Origin: an uncultured delta proteobacterium
Lineage (GTDB): Bacteria > Desulfobacterota > Binatia > Binatales > Binataceae
Length of the DNA: 64,000 bases
Reading direction: 5' to 3'
Assembly: GCA_963765675.1 (NCBI GenBank)
Contig: CAVXXK010000001.1
Location: 928,001 to 992,000, forward strand
Shown in pieces: positions 28,768 through 36,829 of the stretch. A program made the translations under genes and the position numbers. The notes beneath the pieces are model-generated. The model was given only the letters and a program-made list of their open reading frames with translations. It made no database searches and was not told the DNA's origin. The number at the start of each line of letters is the position of its first letter. The stretch's first letter is position 1.

Positions 28768-29723
28768 GCGACCTCAAACCCGAGGCAAACGGCGCCCTGC
28801 GCGAATTTGGAACAGCTAATAAGGTGGCAGGGTCGAAGGGAAAATTATCGGTCGCACTGCATATTACGCGTTTAGCGATCGAGAAAGGTCTTCCGATCGA
28901 TTCGAAAGAGTTAATAACTGAAGGGAAGGGTCAGCTCAAGGGTATTGGCGCTCCGCGGATCAAAGGAATTCTGGCGGACTATGGCATCACGCAACGCCTC
29001 GCATCAGAAGCCGGTAGGACGAGCCGCGGTAGTTTGGGCTTCGGTACAGACTATGCGCAGGTGCTGAACACCCTTAAGCAGCGTGGAATAATCCACGAAG
29101 AGGATCTTGGGGTCGTCGAGAAATGGTGGATCGAGAAGGTGAAGGAATATTTTGAAGCCCAGCCTTTCAAATTGAAGTTTGATACGACAGCCTCCCTTCG
29201 TACCGCCGTATTAAGTCTCCTTAAGCAGGCACAGCAGAGGCAGCAGCAAAATCCCGGCACTCATTATGTGGGAATCGTGCTGCAACACCTAGTTGGGGCA
29301 AAGCTCGCTCTTGCGCTACCAAAAGAGAAAATGGAGTTTCGGTCCGCCTCCACGGCTGACGAACCTGGAGCATTCGGCGGAGACTATGAGCTAGGAGATT
29401 CAATAATACACGTCACGACGGCTCCCTCGCAGAGTCTTCTGCGCAAATGCGCGGAAAATCTATCGGTCAGTAAACGCCCTATAATAGTTACTATAAGAGA
29501 CGGCGTACCCGCGGTTGCAAATCAAGCTAAGGTAGTAGACTTAGACGATTCCCGCGTCGAGGTGTTTGAAGCCGAACAATTCCTAGTGATGAACATTTGC
29601 GAGCTCGGGCAATTCTCAAACAAAAAAATTCAGACGTCCCTACAGGATCTGGTAGCTAGGTACAACAAGATTGTTGAGGCGAACGAGACCGATGCTAGCC
29701 TGCGAATCGAAATAGGTTCCTGA
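28764..29723 (+). CDS. DUF4928-like protein (putative restriction endonuclease)
   Basis: EAGRTSRGS, G.VLQHLVGAKL and GGDY..GD..IHVT.AP motifs as recalled for DUF4928. ATGA-coupled to the MTase. Confidence 0.7.
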   Translation: MSDLKPEANGALREFGTANKVAGSKGKLSVALHITRLAIEKGLPIDSKELITEGKGQLKGIGAPRIKGILADYGITQRLASEAGRTSRGSLGFGTDYAQVLNTLKQRGIIHEEDLGVVEKWWIEKVKEYFEAQPFKLKFDTTASLRTAVLSLLKQAQQRQQQNPGTHYVGIVLQHLVGAKLALALPKEKMEFRSASTADEPGAFGGDYELGDSIIHVTTAPSQSLLRKCAENLSVSKRPIIVTIRDGVPAVANQAKVVDLDDSRVEVFEAEQFLVMNICELGQFSNKKIQTSLQDLVARYNKIVEANETDASLRIEIGS

Positions 29724-29731
29724 TTTCCGTC

Positions 29732-30187
29732 ATGGATGTTTTCACACCCAGAGTACGAAGCGCCATCATGGCAAGCGTTCGCTCGCAGGACATGAAGCCT
29801 GAACTCACGGTTCGGCGATTGGCGCATCGTTTGGGTTACCGTTTCCGCCTGCATCGACGTACGCTGCCGGGGACACCTGATCTAGTATTTCCATCGCGCC
29901 GCCGCGTCATCTTCGTCAATGGTTGCTTCTGGCATGGCCATCATTGTGCGCGCGGAGCACGACTACCAAGGAGCAATCGCGAATACTGGATGCGCAAGAT
30001 TACCACCAACAAACGGCGCGACCGCGAAACCCTAAGGAAACTTCATTCGTTTGGATGGAGCACCTTAATCGTTTGGGAATGCCAGCTGCGCGATCACGCG
30101 AAGGTGAATCAGAGACTCAGAGTCTTTCTCGGTGATCGCGGATATGTGTCGCCAGTCATTGACCCGACGACGAATCGTAGGCAGTAA
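29732..30187 (+). CDS. vsr: very short patch repair endonuclease
   Basis: RSAIMASVRS, LPGTPDLVF, FVNGCFWHGH and VWECQ. Confidence 0.93.
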   Translation: MDVFTPRVRSAIMASVRSQDMKPELTVRRLAHRLGYRFRLHRRTLPGTPDLVFPSRRRVIFVNGCFWHGHHCARGARLPRSNREYWMRKITTNKRRDRETLRKLHSFGWSTLIVWECQLRDHAKVNQRLRVFLGDRGYVSPVIDPTTNRRQ

Positions 30188-30281
30188 GTCGGTGCCGGTG
30201 CCGAAGCCGTTCGGACCGCTAGAAGAAAGCTTTTACTCGATACTCAATGATGTGTTGTTCGCCAGCCTTGCGGAGATTTCC

Positions 30282-30357
30282 TGATCCACCCGACTCGTAG
30301 AGGTTGTGTTGATCGATCAGGCGCCTTCTATTCCGGCGCGCGGGCTCCGAGCATGTC
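30282..30357 (-). pseudogene. decayed duplicate of the HAD hydrolase 3' end (31504-31580)
   Basis: 22-nt exact match GGTTGTGTTGATCGATCAGGCG plus gapped similarity over about 76 nt. Confidence 0.8.
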
Positions 30358-30377
30358 TCGCGCGCTATCGCTCCAGT

Positions 30378-31415
30378 TCAGAGGTCGCGCGCGTACGCTA
30401 GGGGGTCGCGATAGGCGTCGAAGATTTGGCGTAGCGCGTCGGGCATGGAAACCACCGGGGCCCAGTTCAGATCGGCCATCGTGTTCTCGATCTTCGGCAC
30501 GCGGTTCTGCACGTCCTGGTAGCCGCTGCCGTAATACGCGTCCGAGGTCGTCGTGATCAGTTCCACCTTCTTTGCGTTGTCGCGGTATTCGTCGTATTCG
30601 GCCGCCAGCGCCAGCATCATCTGGGCGAGCTCGCGGATCGAGAAATTATTGACCGGATTGCCGATATTGTAGATTTGACGCGTCGCGCGGCCTCCGGGGT
30701 TCTCGATGATGCGCATCAGCGCAGCGATGCCGTCGTCCACGTAGGTGAACGCGCGCTTCTGCTGACCGCCGTCGACCAGCTTGATCGGTTCGCCGCGCAC
30801 GATGTGGCCGAGGAACTGAGTAATGACGCGGCTGGAACCTTCCTTCGCGGTGTGGATGCTGTCGAGGCCGGCGCCGATCCAGTTGAAGGGACGGAACAAG
30901 GTGTAGTCGAGGCCCTCGCTCATCCCATAGGCGTGGATAACCCGGTCCATCAACTGTTTCGAGCAGGCATAGATCCAGCGCGGCTTGTTGATCGGACCGT
31001 AGATCATCTCGGACGCTTCCGAGTCGAACTCGCTGTCGCGGCACATCCCATACACTTCGCTGGTCGAGGGGAACAGGACGCGCTTCTTGTGCTTTACGCA
31101 TTGGCGCACGATCGGCAGGTTGGCTTCAAAATCCAGCTCGAACACACGCAGCGGGTCCTTCACGTAGCTGGCCGGAGTGGCTATTGCCACCAGCGGGATG
31201 ATCACGTCGCACTTGCGCACGTGATACTCGATCCATTCCTTGTTGATCGTGATGTCGCCTTCGAAGAAATGGAAGCGCGGATTATCCAGCCACTCGCTCA
31301 CGCGGTCGGTGCTCATGTCCATGCCGTAGACCTGCCAATCGGTGGTTTCGATGATGCGCTTGGTCAGGTGATGGCCAATGAAGCCGTTGACGCCGAGAAT
31401 CAGGATCTTTTTCAT
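30378..31415 (-). CDS. ArnA C-terminal-like UDP-glucuronate decarboxylase (UDP-4-keto-pentose/UDP-xylose synthase)
   Basis: ILGVNGFIGHHL, STSEVYG, RWIYACSKQ, FRPFNW and YYGSGYQD. No formyltransferase domain. Confidence 0.92.
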   Translation of the reverse strand: MKKILILGVNGFIGHHLTKRIIETTDWQVYGMDMSTDRVSEWLDNPRFHFFEGDITINKEWIEYHVRKCDVIIPLVAIATPASYVKDPLRVFELDFEANLPIVRQCVKHKKRVLFPSTSEVYGMCRDSEFDSEASEMIYGPINKPRWIYACSKQLMDRVIHAYGMSEGLDYTLFRPFNWIGAGLDSIHTAKEGSSRVITQFLGHIVRGEPIKLVDGGQQKRAFTYVDDGIAALMRIIENPGGRATRQIYNIGNPVNNFSIRELAQMMLALAAEYDEYRDNAKKVELITTTSDAYYGSGYQDVQNRVPKIENTMADLNWAPVVSMPDALRQIFDAYRDPLAYARDL

Positions 31416-31448
31416 CAGGAGCTTCCTGCCACCGCTTCGCGGCGGCGT

Positions 31449-32201
31449 TCAATTGGTATCGATCGAAATCTTGTGCAGCTCGCGGACGTGGGTAATCTTC
31501 GGATGATCGACCCAGTCGTAGCGGTTGTGTTGATCGATCAGGCGGCCTTCGATTCCTGCGGCGCGCGCGCCGAGCATGTCGATCGAGTAGATGTCGCCCG
31601 CGTAGCGCGCTTCATCGGGCGCGACGCCCAGACGCTCCAGCGCGATCTGGAAAATCCGCGGGTCGGGTTTCGCCACGCCTACGATGTGGGAATCGATTAT
31701 CGTGTCGAAAAATTCCGCGAGGCCGAAGCGCTTCGCGTCGCCTTCGACCTGACCCTCGGCGTTGGACACGATCGCGAGCTTGTAGCCCGCGCGCTTTAAG
31801 CGCTCGAGCGCCTCATGCGTGCCCGGCCGGACGACGCGCCATAACGTCGCCTCGCGATGAATCTTCTGGAAATGCTCGCCGCATTCGCGAATCTCTTCTT
31901 CAGGAATTCCCGCCGCACCCAGCCATTCGCGAAAAAATTCCTCGTAACCGGAATTTACGTCGCGCTCGCGCCCGCTCATCAGGTAGCGATCGATCATCGC
32001 GCGTCCGCGATACTCCGCGAGTTCCAGCCCGAGCGCGTCGAGCTTGCGGCCGGGCCGGCTGAACTCGCGCGCGAGCAGCTCATAGTCCAGAAACGCGAGC
32101 GTGCCGCCAAAGTCGAACAGCAGAGCCTTGAGCTTGGCGTCGCGAGCCGAACCCGCAGATGATTTGTTGGGATGAGCTTTGGTTTTTGATTTCGCCACCA
32201 T
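31449..32201 (-). CDS. HAD-superfamily hydrolase (subfamily IA)
   Basis: FDFGGTL, IVSN, KPDPRIF and GDIYSID. Confidence 0.9.
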   Translation of the reverse strand: MVAKSKTKAHPNKSSAGSARDAKLKALLFDFGGTLAFLDYELLAREFSRPGRKLDALGLELAEYRGRAMIDRYLMSGRERDVNSGYEEFFREWLGAAGIPEEEIRECGEHFQKIHREATLWRVVRPGTHEALERLKRAGYKLAIVSNAEGQVEGDAKRFGLAEFFDTIIDSHIVGVAKPDPRIFQIALERLGVAPDEARYAGDIYSIDMLGARAAGIEGRLIDQHNRYDWVDHPKITHVRELHKISIDTN

Positions 32202-32396
32202 AGCGCTCAAGCCTACCTTGTCCTGCACCTCGTAGTCATCCGTGCCGCACGCGCGCGGCGGCCACGCGGGCGGGAAATGACAACAATTAATGAGCCATGC
32301 GCTCAATGGTTGGCAGAGTGGCGGCAAAAAGATAAGATTTTTCTGGGTTTTTGTCTTCACCGAGTTGGCGGAGAATCCTGGCGAGGCTTAGAGAGC

Positions 32397-33014
32397 GTGT
32401 TCACTGGAATTATCGAAGACTTGGGTATCGTCGAGAGCCAGCGGCGCTCGCGCGAGGGTGCCGTGCTGACGATCAAGACCGTGTTGCCGACCGCGAAGAT
32501 GAAGATCGGCGATTCGATCTCGATCAGCGGCGGATGCATGACGGTCGTCGCGAAGTCGCGCGGCAAATTCTCCGTCGATGTATCCGCGGAGTCCTTGCGC
32601 CGCACGACGCTCGGCGCGCTCAAGCCCGGCGATCGCGTCAACCTCGAGCGATGCATGACGCTCGGCAAGCTGCTCGGCGGGCATCTGGTCGCGGGGCACG
32701 TCGACGGTCTTGCGAGGATTGTCGCAATCAAGCCAGAGGGCGACTCGCGCCTTTATACCTTCGAGGCGCCCGCCGCCGACACGCGCTATCTGATCGAGAA
32801 AGGATCGGTCACGATCGACGGGATCAGCCTGACCTGTTTTGGGATTCACGGGCGCCGATTCTCGGTCGAGGTGATTCCGCATACGCTAAAGGTCACGACG
32901 CTCGGCTACAAAAAAGTTGGCGACGCGGTGAATTTTGAAAGTGACATGATGGCCAAGTACGTCGAGAAAATTCTTGCGGCGCGCGAGACTCCGATCGCCG
33001 CGGCGGGAGCGTGA
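32397..33014 (+). CDS. ribE: riboflavin synthase alpha chain
   Basis: MFTGIIE start, GDSISISGGCMTV, VNLER, GGHLVAGHVD and KGSVTIDGISLT. Confidence 0.95.
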   Translation: MFTGIIEDLGIVESQRRSREGAVLTIKTVLPTAKMKIGDSISISGGCMTVVAKSRGKFSVDVSAESLRRTTLGALKPGDRVNLERCMTLGKLLGGHLVAGHVDGLARIVAIKPEGDSRLYTFEAPAADTRYLIEKGSVTIDGISLTCFGIHGRRFSVEVIPHTLKVTTLGYKKVGDAVNFESDMMAKYVEKILAARETPIAAAGA

Positions 33015-33048
33015 CGGCGCTGAGACCGGCGCGCGCAGAGTTATCGCG

Positions 33049-33513
33049 ATGAGCCTGATGCAGATACCGCGGAAGATCGAGTACGCCCTGCGTGCGATGA
33101 TCTATATGGCGGATCGCCCGGGAGGGGTCGCGCGCGGCACCGAGATCGCCCGCCACGAGCAGATTCCAAAATACTATCTCGAAAAAGTAATCCGCGACCT
33201 GATGCGCCGGGGATTGGTGCATGCGCGGCGCGGTCCGGGCGGCGGCTACCAGCTCGCGCGCGGCGCCGACAGTATTTCGTTTCGCGATATTATCGAAGCG
33301 GTCGAAGGACCGATCACGCTCAACGTATGCACCGACGGCTCGAGCTCCTGCGCGCTGCAGCCGAGCTGCCGGATGTATAGGGTATGGGAACGCGGGCAGC
33401 GCGTGCTGCTCGAAGTTTTTTCCGACTCCTCGCTGGCCGAGATCGCGTCGTCGAAGTCGCCCTCCGACGTGCTCGCCGAAGCCGCGGCAGCCGCCGCCGC
33501 TGCCAAGAATTAG
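33049..33513 (+). CDS. Rrf2 family regulator (IscR/NsrR-like three Cys)
   Basis: EYALRA, RGPGGGY and C-x6-C-x5-C. Confidence 0.92.
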   Translation: MSLMQIPRKIEYALRAMIYMADRPGGVARGTEIARHEQIPKYYLEKVIRDLMRRGLVHARRGPGGGYQLARGADSISFRDIIEAVEGPITLNVCTDGSSSCALQPSCRMYRVWERGQRVLLEVFSDSSLAEIASSKSPSDVLAEAAAAAAAAKN

Positions 33514-33585
33514 TCCGCTGATGAGATCTGGATTGTTGCGATCTGGATCGCGCCTCGCCTCGGCGCTCTTGCCGGAAATCCAGCG

Positions 33586-34761
33586 GTGAGCGACGCCGCG
33601 ACGAATTCGCCGCCGGCGCTCGGGGCCTATACCCGCGCGCCAAGCTTTTCTGAGAAGAGCTTCTACCTCGAAGAGTTCTACGGAAAGAGCTTGCTGTTCG
33701 CGATGGTGCCGCCGGGCGGCGATCGGATTAGCGACTTCAATTCCCTCATCCGCACCCTGCGCGAGCTCCGCCGCAACCAGACCCGATGTATCGTGATCGT
33801 CTCTCCGACCGCACTGCCCAAGCTGCTCAAGCGGATGGGACGGATGGCGCCGCGCGGCCCGATCCCCGTCTTCGATCCGGCCCAAGGGCTGCGCTCGCGC
33901 CCGTATCCGCCCGATTCCGCGGTCGCGCAAATCTGGGAGGGGCTGCGCGCCGGCTCGATCGTGGTCGCCTCGACCAACGACGACGACTCCGCCGACCTCT
34001 CGGTGTTCGCGCAGGAGCTCGCGAGCCGCCTGCGCGTGTTCAAGCTGATCTTTCTCGACCGGCAGGACGGCCTTGACGATCGCAAGGGCAACCGCCTCTC
34101 GTTCGTCGAGATGAAGCGAATCCGCCGCACGCTCGCCGCCTCGGGCTCGCGGGTGCGCCGCGCGATCGTGCGCGCCGCCGATCGCGCGTTGAAAGACGGA
34201 GTCGGCTCGGTCAACCTGGTCGCGCCGCGCGGAGTATACGACGAGCTGTTCAGCTTTATCGGCTCGGGAACGCTCTTCACCGAGATGCAGTACGGGCAGG
34301 TGCGGCCGATCTCGATCGACGATTTCGAGGAAGTCGAGGCGCTGATCGTGCGCGGACAGGACGAGGGTTTTCTGCTCCATCGCACGCCCGAGCAGATCGC
34401 GCGGATCCTGCCGTCATGCTTCGGCTACCGGATCGGCGACGAGCATCTGGCCGGCATCTGCGCGCTGCTGACCGACCCGTACCGCCGCGAGCGGGCCGGC
34501 GAGATCACCGCGATGTACACGCTCACTCGCTTCCAGGGCGAAGGCGTTGCGGTCGAGCTGGTCAAGGAATGCGTCAAAGAGGCGCAGGCGCGGATGCTGC
34601 ACTACGTGTTCGCCTGCACCAGCGAGGATCGCGCGGCGCGATTTTTCGTGCGGCTCGGTTTTCGTCGAATCGGACCCGAGCAGGTTCCCGCGCCAAAATG
34701 GCGCGGCTACGACAAACCGCGCATCGAGCGGCTGAGTATTTTCCGCTATGAACTCGACTAG
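33586..34761 (+). CDS. ArgA-like amino-acid N-acetyltransferase (degenerate AAK domain + GNAT)
   Basis: ELFSFIGSGT..YGQVRPISIDD linker typical of ArgA and FQGEGVA GNAT motif. Confidence 0.7.
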   Translation: MSDAATNSPPALGAYTRAPSFSEKSFYLEEFYGKSLLFAMVPPGGDRISDFNSLIRTLRELRRNQTRCIVIVSPTALPKLLKRMGRMAPRGPIPVFDPAQGLRSRPYPPDSAVAQIWEGLRAGSIVVASTNDDDSADLSVFAQELASRLRVFKLIFLDRQDGLDDRKGNRLSFVEMKRIRRTLAASGSRVRRAIVRAADRALKDGVGSVNLVAPRGVYDELFSFIGSGTLFTEMQYGQVRPISIDDFEEVEALIVRGQDEGFLLHRTPEQIARILPSCFGYRIGDEHLAGICALLTDPYRRERAGEITAMYTLTRFQGEGVAVELVKECVKEAQARMLHYVFACTSEDRAARFFVRLGFRRIGPEQVPAPKWRGYDKPRIERLSIFRYELD

Positions 34762-34826
34762 CGCGAAGCTGGTTTATTCAGTGATGGCTTCGGCGTCGCT
34801 CATTCCAATCTACTACTTTCGCGAAT

Positions 34827-35012
34827 GGCGAGATTCCTCGCGATGCTTGCAGCAAGAGACGATCTGCACCACGTCAAAGTTGAGCGGAGGATTCGCGCTC
34901 GGAATGACAGATTTGCGCGAATCTTTTAGTGTCATTCCGAGCGCGTGCAGGCGATGCTTATCGCGTCGTGGCCGTCGCGTCGAATGGCAGTAATCGCGAG
35001 GAATCTCGCCCT
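34827..35012. repeat. Palindromic element family A, copy 5
   Basis: Same boxes with 51/20/49 nt spacing. Confidence 0.9.
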
Positions 35013-35104
35013 CGGCACTTGCACAATTCCGCAGATATTCACCTCTCCCTAAACTCTACTGCCTCGGACAAAGGAGAGAATTAATCGCGGCGCTTAGAAT
35101 AAAA

Positions 35105-36829
35105 ATGAAATCGCTACCGCTCCCGACCGTCGCTACACTTCTTGCGATCGTGATCGCGACTGTCGTGCTGGTGACTAATCGGCTTGGCGCGAGCGATATC
35201 TGCAGCGGCAATGAGGCGGTCGAGGCGGTCTTCGTCCAGCAGATGGTCGAGCACGATCATCTGCTGTTCCCGCTGGAGAACGGCTCGCAACCGATGTACA
35301 AGCCTCCCCTGTTTCACTGGACCGCGTTCGCGCTCGACCGGCTGACCGGGCGCGAACGGGTGACGGCGGTGAATCTGCGCGCGACAGCAGCGCTCTACGC
35401 GATCGCTGGCGTGATCATGACGATCGCGTTTGCGCTGTGGCTCCTGGGCGCAGACGGCGCTGTATTGGCGGGACTCGCGCTCGCGGCCTCGTATCAATAC
35501 ATCAGCCAAGGCCGCTTCGGACGCGTCGATATGACGCTGTGCTTTTTCGAGGCCGCCGCGCTGTTCACCTTCGCACGATGGCTTCCGCCCGCGCGCGACG
35601 CGACGATCGATACTCCGGCGAATCGGACGCTGCTGTACGTGCTCGCGATCGTGATGGGGCTGGGCGTGCTGTCCAAGGGTCCCGTTGGCGCGTTGCTCCC
35701 GGGCGCGGCGATGGTCGTGTTCCTGGTTACCGAGCGGCGATGGCGGCAGGCGCTCGCGATGCTCGAACCGGGACCGCTGATCGTCGGCGCGGCGATCGCG
35801 TCGAGCTGGTACGTAGCGTGTTACTTTGGCGGACGTTTCGGATTCCTCCATCGCCAGCTCGGCAGCGAAAACGTCGGGCGGTTTTTCGGGTCGCTGGGCG
35901 CGATGGCGCCGTGGTACTACGTCAAGCCTCTGTTTCTGAACTCGGCGCCGCTGAGCCTGCTCGTGCCGGTCGCGGTCGTCGCGGCATTGTGGCGACGCAG
36001 CGAGAGTGAACATCCGGAAGAAACAGGATCCGATCTGCGGGTGCGCGCGACGGTGCATCTGTTCGCGATCTTCTGGATCGTAACGGTCGTATTCTTCACG
36101 CTCGCGGCGTACAAGCGACGCTCGTACTTGCTCCCGCTATGGCCGCCTGCGGCGGTGATGCTCGCGTGGCTGATCCTTTCGATCCGCGATAGCCTGTGGG
36201 CGCGTACAGCGAAGCGGGTATTCGTTGCGATATGCGCGGTCCTGATCCTCTTTAACCTTATCTATATTCCGCACAAGGAAATTCGCGATTGCGCTAACAC
36301 CACCTATCGCCCGGCGGCGCAGGAGATCACGCGCGCGGTCGGTCCCAGAGATCCCCTATACACATTCGGCTTCGACGAGGAGCTGGCGCCCCTCCTCTTC
36401 TATCTCGATCGCAACGCGCCGTCGTTCAAGGGACGCCTCGGCGACGCTCCTCCCGGCTACGTGATCGTTCCCGAGCGAGTGTGGAAAGCCCGGCAGGGGG
36501 AGGCGCTCGATCTTACTCCGGTCTTGACCAGCAGGCACGGCACGCGCCGATTGATCCTCCTGCGCCGCGGTAAAACCTACGCGAGCAAACATTCGCCTCC
36601 CAGAGCATCGTCAGTGAAATATTATGATCGGTCCCTCTTTGATCTATTTGATTTTCGCGGGAATGCGCGCAAAGTTGATGACGGCGAGCGGCTGGCACAT
36701 GCGGTTCGGGGCGCAGGCAAAACGGCTGCGCTACTGAAGAGCCCTTGGAGGCTCTCGCCAATTTCGGCCAATGTAAGCGTTTTTGCACGGATGAGCTTTC
36801 GAGCAGGTGGGGATGAGCAAGACAATTGA
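35105..36829 (+). CDS. ArnT/GT39-like membrane glycosyltransferase; last ~80 aa probably read-through into foreign DNA
   Basis: YKPPLFHW, LSKGPVG, PWYY and KRRSYLLPL motifs with many TM segments. Confidence 0.85.
   Translation: MKSLPLPTVATLLAIVIATVVLVTNRLGASDICSGNEAVEAVFVQQMVEHDHLLFPLENGSQPMYKPPLFHWTAFALDRLTGRERVTAVNLRATAALYAIAGVIMTIAFALWLLGADGAVLAGLALAASYQYISQGRFGRVDMTLCFFEAAALFTFARWLPPARDATIDTPANRTLLYVLAIVMGLGVLSKGPVGALLPGAAMVVFLVTERRWRQALAMLEPGPLIVGAAIASSWYVACYFGGRFGFLHRQLGSENVGRFFGSLGAMAPWYYVKPLFLNSAPLSLLVPVAVVAALWRRSESEHPEETGSDLRVRATVHLFAIFWIVTVVFFTLAAYKRRSYLLPLWPPAAVMLAWLILSIRDSLWARTAKRVFVAICAVLILFNLIYIPHKEIRDCANTTYRPAAQEITRAVGPRDPLYTFGFDEELAPLLFYLDRNAPSFKGRLGDAPPGYVIVPERVWKARQGEALDLTPVLTSRHGTRRLILLRRGKTYASKHSPPRASSVKYYDRSLFDLFDFRGNARKVDDGERLAHAVRGAGKTAALLKSPWRLSPISANVSVFARMSFRAGGDEQDN

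Noticed and set aside
32202-32396. FMN riboswitch upstream of ribE
   Set aside because: The AGGGCGGGG..AAATTCCCGACCG signature is absent; the region looks like a plain divergent promoter.
30378-36829. Complete L-Ara4N (arn) lipid A modification pathway
   Set aside because: Only an ArnA decarboxylase-like gene and an ArnT-like gene are present, on opposite strands and unlinked. arnB/C/D/E/F are absent from the window.
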